16,557 nucleotides of DNA, from NCBI GenBank assembly GCA_051746725.1, contig JBNJFI010000044.1, forward strand, positions 1 through 16,557. The letters are read 5' to 3'. Positions within the stretch are counted from its first letter, which is position 1. Every line of letters starts with the position of its first letter. Below, piece by piece: positions 7,834-16,485 of the stretch. The position numbers were made by a program, and so were the translations under genes. This stretch comes from Fusobacteriota bacterium. Lineage in GTDB: Bacteria; Fusobacteriota; Fusobacteriia; Fusobacteriales; JBNJFI01. The notes beneath the pieces were generated by a model, which saw only the letters and a list, made by a program, of their open reading frames with translations, searched no databases and was not told the DNA's origin.

Positions 7834-9483
7834 TTAAACATCCTTTTTTGGATGAACTGTTATTCCGTTTTCATGTGTATAGATTACAAACCCTGGTTTA
7901 CTTCCATTGGGACTAGTGACATATTTTCTTAAAGTATAATCCACTGCAACCTTATTTTCAAACTTACTTTTAGAATAATAAGCGGCAAGTTGGGCAGCCT
8001 CTAAAAGTGTCTGATCTGGAACCTTATCAGCATTCCCTTTTTTGACAATAACATGACTTCCAGGAATATCTTTGGCATGTAACCATAAATCATCCTTTTT
8101 TGATTTTCTAAAAGTAAGATGATCATTAGCTTTATTGTTTTTTCCAATTAAAATTTTAAATCCATCAGAAGAAGTAACTTCTCTAATATTAAGATAACTT
8201 GGCTTTTTCTTTTTCTTAGATCGTTTATTTTTCTTCTTCTTTTTTTCTTCCATATAGCCATTTTCGATCAAATCTTCTTTAAGATCTTCTAATTCTGTCA
8301 TATTATCAGCATTTAAAAGATGGGCCTCTAAAGATTCTAAATATTTGATTTCATCTAAAATTTCTTCTCTTCGTTTTTTATTATAAAAATATCCTCTTTT
8401 TTTCTTATTATATTTTTCATAATAATTATCTAAATTTTGATTAGGAGAGATAGATGGATCAAGTTTAATTGTAATATCTTCTTTAGCATAAAAATTATAA
8501 AGAGTAACCTCTTCTTGATATTGCTTAATATTATAAAGATTTGCTGCTAAAATATCTCCCATCTCTTTATATTTTTTATAATTTTTTCCTCTTTGTATAT
8601 CTTTAGTTATTTTTTTTATAATTTTTTTGTTTTTTTGGATCTCTTTGTCGATTATTTTTTTTAATTTCCTGTTTAGGGTATTAAAGTTTTGGTTAGTTAT
8701 AGTTTTTTCAATATAATAATTTATAAGCTTGTTCATAGAATCAAAGGATTTTTTTTCGAGATTTTCGAATTCCTTATATTCAAAAAAGGTAGCTTGATAA
8801 ATTTTATTATTTTTAAAATATATAGTTGGTTTGGGTTCTCTATTTAAAAACTCTTGATAATCTTCAAAGGACTTATAAACTTCCTTTGCAGAAATTGATC
8901 CAAAACCATCTATATTTTTATATACATCTTGATACGAGTTGATATTTTCCTCAAAAAAGTTACGATCAACATCATAAGGATATTTTTTTTCTGTAATAAT
9001 AGGCGGTTCATATGCCACACCTGGCATAAGGGTTCTTAGCTTGTTTTCATCCATGGAAAATTCTCTTAATAATTCCATCATCTTCATATTATCATCTGCT
9101 AAAATAATATTACTTTTTTTACCCATGATTTCAAAAATTAGTTTATAATTATGAATTTCACCAAGCTCATTTAGCTTTGAAAAATGAAATATTAAAATTC
9201 TATCCATTCCCAGTTGTTCAATTTTATTTAATGTTCCGTTTAATAAATATTTTTTTAATAATAACCCAAAGGTCATTGGCTTTTTTGGAGCATCCTCTTT
9301 TTCTTCTTGAATATATATAATGGGTAAACTGGGATTTATAGTAGCAAATAAATTATGTTGTTTAAAAAATAATGATATTGAAGATTTATCATATTGATAA
9401 ACCTTTGTAACTCGTCTATTTAAAAATTTATCTTCAAATGTTTCTTTTAATTTTGATAATGCAAAACCATCTAAATATAACAT
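7834..9483 (-). CDS. rqcH: Ribosome quality-control protein RqcH (Rqc2/NFACT, FbpA/PavA family)
   Basis: MxxDG start, DRI and FEIMGKKSNIIL in NFACT-N; coiled-coil middle; NFACT-R motifs GKNNKAND, DLWLHAKDIPGSHV, AAYYSKS and KPGFVIY. Confidence 0.93.
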   Translation of the reverse strand: MLYLDGFALSKLKETFEDKFLNRRVTKVYQYDKSSISLFFKQHNLFATINPSLPIIYIQEEKEDAPKKPMTFGLLLKKYLLNGTLNKIEQLGMDRILIFHFSKLNELGEIHNYKLIFEIMGKKSNIILADDNMKMMELLREFSMDENKLRTLMPGVAYEPPIITEKKYPYDVDRNFFEENINSYQDVYKNIDGFGSISAKEVYKSFEDYQEFLNREPKPTIYFKNNKIYQATFFEYKEFENLEKKSFDSMNKLINYYIEKTITNQNFNTLNRKLKKIIDKEIQKNKKIIKKITKDIQRGKNYKKYKEMGDILAANLYNIKQYQEEVTLYNFYAKEDITIKLDPSISPNQNLDNYYEKYNKKKRGYFYNKKRREEILDEIKYLESLEAHLLNADNMTELEDLKEDLIENGYMEEKKKKKNKRSKKKKKPSYLNIREVTSSDGFKILIGKNNKANDHLTFRKSKKDDLWLHAKDIPGSHVIVKKGNADKVPDQTLLEAAQLAAYYSKSKFENKVAVDYTLRKYVTSPNGSKPGFVIYTHENGITVHPKKDV

Positions 9484-9623
9484 TTTTTTCCTTTCTTTTA
9501 AAAATATTAAAATAAACTTAGTTTATGATATAAATAAAATTTAATATGTATATGTTTTGTAACGGATCACAGGTAATATCACTAATAAATATGAAATATT
9601 ATAAAAAGAATAAATAATATTTA

Positions 9624-10070
9624 TTAATTATTTTTTAATCGATCAAATTGAATCTTGGAATTTTTTAAAATCTTTTTTAAAACTCTTTTAAAGCATTCGA
9701 TTTCTTCATCTGGAAGCTCATTAGTAATATTTGCAATTAAATTTTTATGATAATTTTTATGATAATTATAAACCTCAAATCCCTTTGGAGTAAGACCAAC
9801 TAATACTTTTCTTCTATCAGAAGGGTCTTTTTCTCTTTTTACAAAATTCTTTTCAGTTAATTTTGTAATAGCAACTGTAGCAGTTCCCATTGTTATTTCT
9901 AATCTATCTGCTAAAACTTTCATAGGAATACATTCATCTCCTATAGCCTCAATAGTGTGAGATTCAGTTGTTGTAAGATTTTTAAACCCTTTTTTGAGGG
10001 ATAATTTCTCCATCTCATAAAAAACTTCATAAAATTGTTCTAGTAAATCATTAATATTAGTATTTGTCAT
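9624..10070 (-). CDS. MarR-family transcriptional regulator, FabT-like subfamily
   Basis: wHTH with ExHTIEAIG, TMGTATVAI, DRRKV, LTPKG and HxxxH; SD GGAGG at 10076-10080. Confidence 0.88.
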   Translation of the reverse strand: MTNTNINDLLEQFYEVFYEMEKLSLKKGFKNLTTTESHTIEAIGDECIPMKVLADRLEITMGTATVAITKLTEKNFVKREKDPSDRRKVLVGLTPKGFEVYNYHKNYHKNLIANITNELPDEEIECFKRVLKKILKNSKIQFDRLKNN

Positions 10071-10080
10071 TGTATCCTCC

Positions 10081-10713
10081 TTATAAAGACTTCAAAAGAT
10101 CGATCTGTTTTTTGTAATTTTTTGAAAATATAAATGATCCAGATACTAGTATATTCGCTCCAGCATCTAAGCAAAGTTTGGCAGTTTTTTCATTTATACC
10201 TCCATCTACTTGTATATCTATATTTGGTTTTAAACTTCTAATTTCTTTTATCTTGGGAATAACTTCTTTAATAAAAGATTGTCCACCGAATCCAGGGTTA
10301 ACAGACATAATCAAAACCATATCTAATTCTTCTAAAATATATTTTATATTTTCTACTGGTGTAGCTGGATTTAAAGAAACTCCAGCTTTAATTCCAAGAG
10401 ATTTTATTTGCTGTATAGTTCTATGCAGATGAGTTGTGGATTCTGCATGTACAGTTATAATATCTGCGCCACTTTTAAAAAAATCTTCTAAATATCTTTC
10501 TGGTTTGTCTATCATTAGATGTACATCAAAAATTTTGTCAGTTTTATTTCTAATAGATTTAATAACAGGAGGCCCAAAAGTTATATTTGGAACGAAAATC
10601 CCATCCATTACGTCAATGTGTATATAATCAGCTCCAGCTTTATCAATTTCTTCTATCTCTTTACCTAATTTACTAAAATCAGACGAGAGAATAGAAGGTG
10701 CTATTTTAGTCAT
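10081..10713 (-). CDS. rpe: Ribulose-phosphate 3-epimerase
   Basis: [33 protein letters not shown] and VDGG motifs. Confidence 0.97.
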   Translation of the reverse strand: MTKIAPSILSSDFSKLGKEIEEIDKAGADYIHIDVMDGIFVPNITFGPPVIKSIRNKTDKIFDVHLMIDKPERYLEDFFKSGADIITVHAESTTHLHRTIQQIKSLGIKAGVSLNPATPVENIKYILEELDMVLIMSVNPGFGGQSFIKEVIPKIKEIRSLKPNIDIQVDGGINEKTAKLCLDAGANILVSGSFIFSKNYKKQIDLLKSL

Positions 10714-11626
10714 AATAATTTTCCCACCTTTTTTGAATTTTTTTTAAGATATATGAATAAAAATCATATCTAATTTTAGATAGATTTCCATTTTCAACTT
10801 GCTTTTGTACTTCACATTTTGGTTCAATAGTATGTCTACAATCATTAAACTTACATTTTTTACTTAATTGATGTATTCTAGGAAAAAGCCTAGAAAACTC
10901 TTGGAAAGTTTGAATGTTTGGTATTTCTATAGCAGTAAATCCAGGAGTATCAATAACATATCCCAAATTTTTAACTTTTATCAAAGTAGTAGTAGTGGTA
11001 GTATGTTTACCTCTTTTTTGTTTATTTAAACTCCCTATTTTTAACTCTTTTTTGCTTTGAATTAAATTTAAAATAGAAGATTTTCCAACTCCAGAGGGGC
11101 CACCAAAAACAATTATAGAATCTTTTAATTCATCGTATATATGATTTAAAGATTTTTTAGAATTAATAGAAGTAAAATAATAATTAATATCCATTGCCTT
11201 TAAAAATTTGAGATCCTCTTTGAGATCAACTAGTTCATTTTCAGATAGAAGGTCAATTTTATTAATCAACACAACGGGTTTAACTTTATAATAAAAACTA
11301 TTTAATATTAATAAGTTTAAAGTATTTAAATCTAACTTAGGATCTTTAGCAGATATTGTAATTATTAATTTATCCACATTTGCTACTAGAGGTCTTATTA
11401 AATAATTTTTTCTCTTCAATACTTTTTCAATTATTTTTAGTTCTGGAGAAAATTTGACTAAGTCCCCAGTCATACAGTTTTTAGAGTTCTTATTTTTTTT
11501 TAGTCTTCCTCTTAATTTACACTCATATATGTTTTTTTTATAATTATCAATTTCATTTTCATTATTTGGTTTAATTTCTTCTACGTAATAAAAACCATTA
11601 CTTTTATTTAAAATTCTTCCTTTTAT
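10706..11626 (-). CDS. rsgA: Ribosome small subunit-dependent GTPase A, about 306 aa, with a non-canonical start (ATA 11626 or ATT 11629)
   Basis: NKIDL (G4), GPSGVGKSS (G1), GKHTTT (G2), DTPG (G3) and the [12 protein letters not shown] zinc finger. The frame stays open 51 codons upstream of ATG 11473 and encodes KGRI...GFYYV...YECKLRGRL, the OB-domain start. The start position is less certain than the gene identity. Confidence 0.93.
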   Translation of the reverse strand: MKGRILNKSNGFYYVEEIKPNNENEIDNYKKNIYECKLRGRLKKNKNSKNCMTGDLVKFSPELKIIEKVLKRKNYLIRPLVANVDKLIITISAKDPKLDLNTLNLLILNSFYYKVKPVVLINKIDLLSENELVDLKEDLKFLKAMDINYYFTSINSKKSLNHIYDELKDSIIVFGGPSGVGKSSILNLIQSKKELKIGSLNKQKRGKHTTTTTTLIKVKNLGYVIDTPGFTAIEIPNIQTFQEFSRLFPRIHQLSKKCKFNDCRHTIEPKCEVQKQVENGNLSKIRYDFYSYILKKIQKRWENYYD

Positions 11627-11628
11627 AA

Positions 11629-12345
11629 TTATTCCCCCTTCTTATTTAGGATTAGATCAACAACAGTTCCAGGGGATAACTTAGTCCCAGGAGATGGAGT
11701 AGAATCTAAAACAACATCATTATTTAAATATTCATCTGATAAATAACTTATATTACCAATTGTTAACCCATTTTGATTTAAAATTATCTGTGCCTTTTTA
11801 TGACTCAACCCAATAATATCCGGCATAAATATTTTTTGAGATTCATTACTTAAACTTATTAAAAAAGAAATAGAACTTTCTCTGTTAATGAGCTTTCCTG
11901 GTTGAACATTTGCGCAGATTACATTATTGAAATCATAGTCATGATGGGTATAAGATAGATTATTAACAATTAGGTTATTATTTTCAGCTAAAGCTCTTGC
12001 CTCAGAAAGAGATAGATTTGAAAAATCTGGCATCTCTATTTTATTTTTTCCTTTACTAACCCAAACCTTAATAGTTCTTCCCTTTTTAACCATTTTATTA
12101 CCTTCTGGTAATTGAGAATAAACTCTATCCTTGCTATAATTTGAAAATTTGTAATTAACTCTTTCTATTTTTAACCAGTCTTCATCTAAAGTAGACTCTA
12201 TAACTGCTATGTCTTTTCCAATAAGATTAGGAACTTTTATAAAATTTTCATTAAAGAAAAACTTAATGAATAGATTATAAGAAAAAAACAAAGAAATAAA
12301 AAGTAATATAATAGAAATAGTTATAATAACTCCCTTTTTTTTCAT
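11629..12345 (-). CDS. Membrane-anchored protein with three PASTA domains and no kinase domain
   Basis: N-terminal TM helix; repeats starting VPNLIGK, MPDFSNL and MPDIIGL. ATG 12345 follows SD GGGGTG, so it is preferred over GTG 12354. Confidence 0.88.
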   Translation of the reverse strand: MKKKGVIITISIILLFISLFFSYNLFIKFFFNENFIKVPNLIGKDIAVIESTLDEDWLKIERVNYKFSNYSKDRVYSQLPEGNKMVKKGRTIKVWVSKGKNKIEMPDFSNLSLSEARALAENNNLIVNNLSYTHHDYDFNNVICANVQPGKLINRESSISFLISLSNESQKIFMPDIIGLSHKKAQIILNQNGLTIGNISYLSDEYLNNDVVLDSTPSPGTKLSPGTVVDLILNKKGE

Positions 12346-12382
12346 AAAATACACCCCATTAATTATAGTTTAATACATAATT

Positions 12383-12411
12383 AATATACCATATTGCATT
12401 GAAAATATCAA
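12383..12411 (-). promoter_or_regulatory. sigma70 promoter of the PASTA-rsgA-rpe-marR operon
   Basis: On the minus strand: TTGATA (12411-12406), 17-bp spacer, TGgTATATT (hexamer 12388-12383). Confidence 0.6.
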
Positions 12412-12419
12412 TAAAATAC

Positions 12420-12448
12420 TTGATAAAATTGGGTTATAATGATAAAAT
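12420..12448 (+). promoter_or_regulatory. sigma70 promoter of the hpt operon
   Basis: TTGATA (12420-12425), 17-bp spacer, TGaTAAAAT (hexamer 12443-12448). Confidence 0.6.
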
Positions 12449-12484
12449 ATAAAAAACATAATAAATAATAACAGGAGGCTTTAG

Positions 12485-13033
12485 ATGGGCAAGGCAAGAG
12501 GAATAGAAATTGAAACTTTGATATCAGAGGATGACTTGCAAAAAAGGATAGCAGAGTTGGGAAAAGAATTAACTGAATTCTATAAAAATAGAGATAATGA
12601 ACTTATAGTTGTAGGATTATTAAGAGGATCAATATTATTTATGTCAGACTTAATAAGAAAGATAGATTTACCACTTAAAATAGACTTTATGACCACTTCT
12701 AGTTATGGGAATGAATTTGAAAGCTCGCGTGAAGTTAAGATTTTGAAAGACTTAGATGAAACTATTATAGGAAAAGATATTTTAGTTGTTGAAGATATAA
12801 TTGACTCAGGACTTACATTAAAAAAAATACTCCATATTTTAGGAGATAGATCTCCAAACTCAATAACTTTATGTACTCTTTTAAATAAAGAGGCCAGAAG
12901 AGAAGCAGATGTAAAGGCAGATTTTATAGGATTTGACATCGGAGATAAATTTGTTTTAGGATATGGACTAGACTATAAACAAGAATGTAGAAATATACCA
13001 TATGTAGCAGTTGCGAAGGGAGATAATGAATAA
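12485..13033 (+). CDS. hpt: Hypoxanthine(-guanine) phosphoribosyltransferase, copy 1
   Basis: GLLRGS, SSYG, PRPP motif VVEDIIDSGLT, FVLGYGLDY and RNIP; SD AGGAGG. Confidence 0.95.
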   Translation: MGKARGIEIETLISEDDLQKRIAELGKELTEFYKNRDNELIVVGLLRGSILFMSDLIRKIDLPLKIDFMTTSSYGNEFESSREVKILKDLDETIIGKDILVVEDIIDSGLTLKKILHILGDRSPNSITLCTLLNKEARREADVKADFIGFDIGDKFVLGYGLDYKQECRNIPYVAVAKGDNE

Positions 13034-13036
13034 TAT

Positions 13037-13567
13037 ATGGATTATACTGTAAGTGAGTTAATTTCAGAAAAAAAAGTACAAGAAAAAGTAAAAGAGTTAG
13101 GAGAAAAAATAACTAGTGATTATAAAGGAGATACTCCCTTAATTGTAGTTGGATTACTCAGAGGATCTGTAGTATTTATGTCAGACCTAATGCGTGAGAT
13201 AGATTTACCACTTAAAATAGACTTTATGACTGTTTCAAGTTATGGAGATAGCATGGAAAGCTCTCGAGAGGTTAAGATTTTAAAAGATTTAGAAGAAACA
13301 ATTTATAATAAAAATGTTCTTATTGTAGAAGACATAATAGATACAGGATATACTTTAAACAAAGTTATCCACTTATTAGAAGATAGAGAGCCAAATTCAA
13401 TTAAAATTTGTACACTTTTAAATAAAGAAGAACGAAGAGAAGTTACCGTAAAAACTGATTATGTTGGTTTTGAAATACCTGATGAATTTGTAGTTGGATA
13501 TGGAATTGATTATGCTCAAAAAAATAGAAACCTGCCATATATAGGAATTGTTAATAAGGAGGATTAA
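13037..13567 (+). CDS. hpt: Hypoxanthine(-guanine) phosphoribosyltransferase, copy 2
   Basis: [30 protein letters not shown] and RNLP. Confidence 0.95.
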   Translation: MDYTVSELISEKKVQEKVKELGEKITSDYKGDTPLIVVGLLRGSVVFMSDLMREIDLPLKIDFMTVSSYGDSMESSREVKILKDLEETIYNKNVLIVEDIIDTGYTLNKVIHLLEDREPNSIKICTLLNKEERREVTVKTDYVGFEIPDEFVVGYGIDYAQKNRNLPYIGIVNKED

Positions 13568-13569
13568 GA

Positions 13570-14250
13570 ATGGACGAATTTGATTTTGATGAAATGGAAA
13601 ACAGTTATTCCAAAGCAGTTTTAAAGAAAAAGAAAAAGGCAAAAGAAAAAGAAAATTTAAATACTGATTCTCATAAAAAGATAGATGAAAAAAAGGTTTT
13701 ATTATTTGCCATAATAATATCTGCCTTAATAATAACTTTGATTTTATCTATTATTAATATTACTTTTGAAGAGGATCCTATAATAAATTCAGAATTAGTT
13801 GATGATATTAATTATATTGAAAATATACAAGGTGAAGGAATTAATCCTGAAGATATGGTGATAAATGAAGATATGGTAATAAATAAGGAAAAGGAAAATA
13901 AAGATATGAATAATGATTCAGAAAACATTTCTAAAGAAAACCAGACAGAAGAAACAACTCAAACAAAGGTTCAGGAAAAATCAGAGGATTCTTCTAATGA
14001 AAATTTAACTAAATATTATGCAATCCAAATAGGTGCTTCTGGAGATCTAGATCTTGTAGATAAAAAAATATCTGAAATAGAAGATAAAGGTTATTCTGCT
14101 TATTACTTAGAAGAGGGCACTAAAAAATATATGTATAAAATGATGATAGATAAAAAATTTGAAACAAGAGAAAAGGCGACAAGTTATGCAACTGATTTAA
14201 AAAATAAGGGAATAATATCAGATTTTTGGGTGAGATATTTTAATGAATAA
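13570..14250 (+). CDS. Bitopic membrane protein with C-terminal SPOR domain (FtsN/DedD-like architecture)
   Basis: Charged N-terminus, one TM helix, acidic low-complexity linker, then YYAIQIGA...KGYSAY...YK.....F.TREKA (SPOR-like). Confidence 0.75.
   Translation: MDEFDFDEMENSYSKAVLKKKKKAKEKENLNTDSHKKIDEKKVLLFAIIISALIITLILSIINITFEEDPIINSELVDDINYIENIQGEGINPEDMVINEDMVINKEKENKDMNNDSENISKENQTEETTQTKVQEKSEDSSNENLTKYYAIQIGASGDLDLVDKKISEIEDKGYSAYYLEEGTKKYMYKMMIDKKFETREKATSYATDLKNKGIISDFWVRYFNE
13849..13884 (+). repeat. In-frame 18-bp tandem duplication (EDMVIN x2)
   Basis: GAAGATATGGTGATAAAT then GAAGATATGGTAATAAAT, one synonymous mismatch. Confidence 0.85.
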
Positions 14251-14261
14251 TGGAGGAAAGA

Positions 14262-15059
14262 ATGTTTAAACATAAAAAGAAATATGGACAAAACTTTCTT
14301 AATAATCCTCGAATTTTGGATAAGATAATGGAAGTATCTAACGTAGATAATGATTGTATTTTAGAAATTGGGCCTGGAAAAGGGGCTTTGACACAGAGAT
14401 TATTGGAAAGAGCAAAAAAGGTAAATTGTGTAGAGATAGATAATACTTTGGAAAAAATTCTTTCAAATAAATTTGGAGATAAAAGCAATTTTAATTTGAT
14501 AATGGGAGATATATTAGAAATAGATTTAAAAAAACATTTATCATCTAAAAATAAAGTAGTGGCAAATATTCCATATTATATTACATCTCCTATAATACAA
14601 AAATTAATTGCCAATGAAGATATTATAGATGAAATATATATTATGGTTCAAAAGGAAGTTGCAGAGAGAATATCAGCTAAACCTGGAACAAAAGCCAGAA
14701 GCGTTTTAACTTTTTCAATAGAGTATTTTGCAGAAGCAACTTATCTATTCGATATTCCAAGGGAGGATTTCACACCTGCTCCCAATGTAGATTCAGCTTT
14801 TTTGAAAATAATATTACGTCGTGATAACAAATATCAAGATCTAATAGATGAAAAACTATTTTTTAAATATGTCAAAGCAGGTTTTATGACAAAACGTAAA
14901 AATATAGTAAATAATCTATATAGACTTGGTCATGACAAAAAAGAGTTGAGAAAATTATTAAAAGATAATGGGATATCTCCAAAAAAGAGAGCAGAGGAAT
15001 TTTCCATTGATGAATACATAGAGATGATAAAACTTATAGAAAATAAAAATAAAAAATAA
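14262..15059 (+). CDS. rsmA: 16S rRNA (A1518/A1519) dimethyltransferase KsgA
   Basis: KKYGQNFL, EIGPGKGALT, VANIPYYIT, MVQKEVAER and PNVDSA. ATG 14262 follows GGAGG; the alternative start is ATG 14250. Confidence 0.97.
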   Translation: MFKHKKKYGQNFLNNPRILDKIMEVSNVDNDCILEIGPGKGALTQRLLERAKKVNCVEIDNTLEKILSNKFGDKSNFNLIMGDILEIDLKKHLSSKNKVVANIPYYITSPIIQKLIANEDIIDEIYIMVQKEVAERISAKPGTKARSVLTFSIEYFAEATYLFDIPREDFTPAPNVDSAFLKIILRRDNKYQDLIDEKLFFKYVKAGFMTKRKNIVNNLYRLGHDKKELRKLLKDNGISPKKRAEEFSIDEYIEMIKLIENKNKK

Positions 15060-15102
15060 TATATAAGGTTTTAAATTAATGTGATTTATAAGAGGAGAAA
15101 GC

Positions 15103-15342
15103 ATGAAAAGTTATGAATATTATATACAGACAAGAAAACAAGATATTGACTTTATAAATAAAATAGTGGAAGCTTATGAGGGACTGGGAATAGTTAGAAC
15201 TCTAGATGCAGGATCTGGTAAGATAAAAATTATTACCAACTCAGATCACTTAGATGAAATGGATAAAATCTTAGAAAACTTAAAAGATCATGATGTTGAG
15301 TTGGAAGTTTTCAAAAAAGAAGAATGGAAGGGGATAATATGA
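15103..15342 (+). CDS. DUF4911-domain small protein
   Basis: IDFINKIVEAYEGLGIVRTLD motif; SD GAGGAG. Confidence 0.8.
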   Translation: MKSYEYYIQTRKQDIDFINKIVEAYEGLGIVRTLDAGSGKIKIITNSDHLDEMDKILENLKDHDVELEVFKKEEWKGII

Positions 15343-16061
15343 AATTAGGAGTTAATATAGACCATGTGGCAACTGTCAGACAGGCAAGGTTAGCATCTGA
15401 ACCTAATGTTATAAAGGCTGCTATCTTAGCAGAAATGGGCGGGGCAGATGGAATAACAGTACATCTTAGAAAAGATAGAAGGCATATACAAGACGACGAC
15501 GTACGGACTTTAGAACAAGCAATATCTACAAATCTTAACTTTGAAATGTCTCTAGATACAGAAATTGTCAATATTGCATTACAAGTACAACCATATATGT
15601 GTACCATAGTTCCAGAGGGAAGAGAAGAGTTGACCACAGAAGGTGGACTTGATATCTCCAATGACGAGATTAGAAAGAATACAGAATTAGTTATAAAGAG
15701 ATTGAAAAATAGAGGGATAAAAGTGAGTTTATTTTTAGATCCTAAAACAGATATAATGAAAACAGCAAAGGAAATAGGCGCAGATTATGTTGAAATTCAT
15801 ACAGGAAATTATTCAGATGCAGAAGATTTAAAAGAACAAGAAGAGGAATTAACAAGAGTTAAAGAGGCAGTGAAAGCAGCTAAGGTTTTAAACTTAAAAG
15901 TAAATGCAGGACATGGACTAGATTATAAAAATATAGAAGAAATAGCTAAAATAGAAGGAATAGAAGAAGTTAATATAGGACATTCCATTGTAGGTAAAGC
16001 TATTTTTGTGGGTATGGAAAATGCAGTAAGACAAATGAAGGAAGCCATAAATAATGCATGA
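15339..16061 (+). CDS. pdxJ: Pyridoxine 5'-phosphate synthase
   Basis: LGVNIDHVAT, GITVHLR.DRRHI, ELTTEGG, EIHTG, NAGHGL and NIGHSI; ATGA overlap with the upstream gene at 15339-15342. Confidence 0.97.
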   Translation: MKLGVNIDHVATVRQARLASEPNVIKAAILAEMGGADGITVHLRKDRRHIQDDDVRTLEQAISTNLNFEMSLDTEIVNIALQVQPYMCTIVPEGREELTTEGGLDISNDEIRKNTELVIKRLKNRGIKVSLFLDPKTDIMKTAKEIGADYVEIHTGNYSDAEDLKEQEEELTRVKEAVKAAKVLNLKVNAGHGLDYKNIEEIAKIEGIEEVNIGHSIVGKAIFVGMENAVRQMKEAINNA

Positions 16062-16455
16062 ATTAATACATAGAGTTTATTATTATGAAACAGATAAAAT
16101 GGGAAGAGTTTACCATGCAAACTTCCTAAATTGGTTAGAAGAGGCCAGAACAGAATATATACGGGAATATGGAGTTTCTTATAAGAGTATAGAAGACAAA
16201 GGATATTATTTGCCAATACGAGAAGTAAATATAAAATATATTAACCCTGTAAAATATGATGAAGAAGTAAAAATAATAACCACAGTTGAAAAAGTGACCC
16301 GTGTAAAAGTTGTTTTTAAATATGAAATTTATAATTTAGATAAAACAATTAAATTTGGAAAGGCTACAACTGTCAATGTATTAACAGATACCAATGGGAA
16401 ATTGATAAAAGATAAATTAAAATTAAATGAAGGTAATTTAAAGATAAATATTTAG
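16054..16455 (+). CDS. Acyl-CoA thioesterase, YbgC/FadM (4HBT hotdog) family
   Basis: RVYYYETDKMGRVYHANFLNWLEEARTE signature. Confidence 0.9.
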   Translation: MHELIHRVYYYETDKMGRVYHANFLNWLEEARTEYIREYGVSYKSIEDKGYYLPIREVNIKYINPVKYDEEVKIITTVEKVTRVKVVFKYEIYNLDKTIKFGKATTVNVLTDTNGKLIKDKLKLNEGNLKINI

Positions 16456-16485
16456 ATAAAAAATTATGAATATAAGGAGGATATT

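Noticed and set aside
8203..8250. Poly-lysine tract in RqcH as a programmed stall or frameshift site
   Set aside because: Basic linkers before NFACT-R are common, AAG codons break up the A-run, and the frame is intact.
9558..9571. TGTAACGGATCACA, a cre/LacI-like site upstream of rqcH
   Set aside because: Mismatch in the central CG, imperfect symmetry and no supporting context.
10706..11473. rsgA as a truncated 255-aa protein, a pseudogene, or a PASTA-RsgA fusion
   Set aside because: The frame is intact upstream with conserved OB-domain residues. The PASTA gene ends with its own stop in another frame, and I saw no convincing slippery site.
12398..12412. ATTGAAAATATCAAT as an FNR box
   Set aside because: Spacing is one base short of TTGAT-N4-ATCAA, and one half is explained by the minus-strand -35.
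13849..13884. EDMVIN duplication as a functional motif
   Set aside because: A simple in-frame slippage event in a disordered linker.
10178..16216. Opposite-strand ORFs over rpe, hpt, SPOR, rsmA, pdxJ and the thioesterase; also the alternate-frame ORF 2215-2412
   Set aside because: They overlap conserved genes almost entirely and have no independent support.
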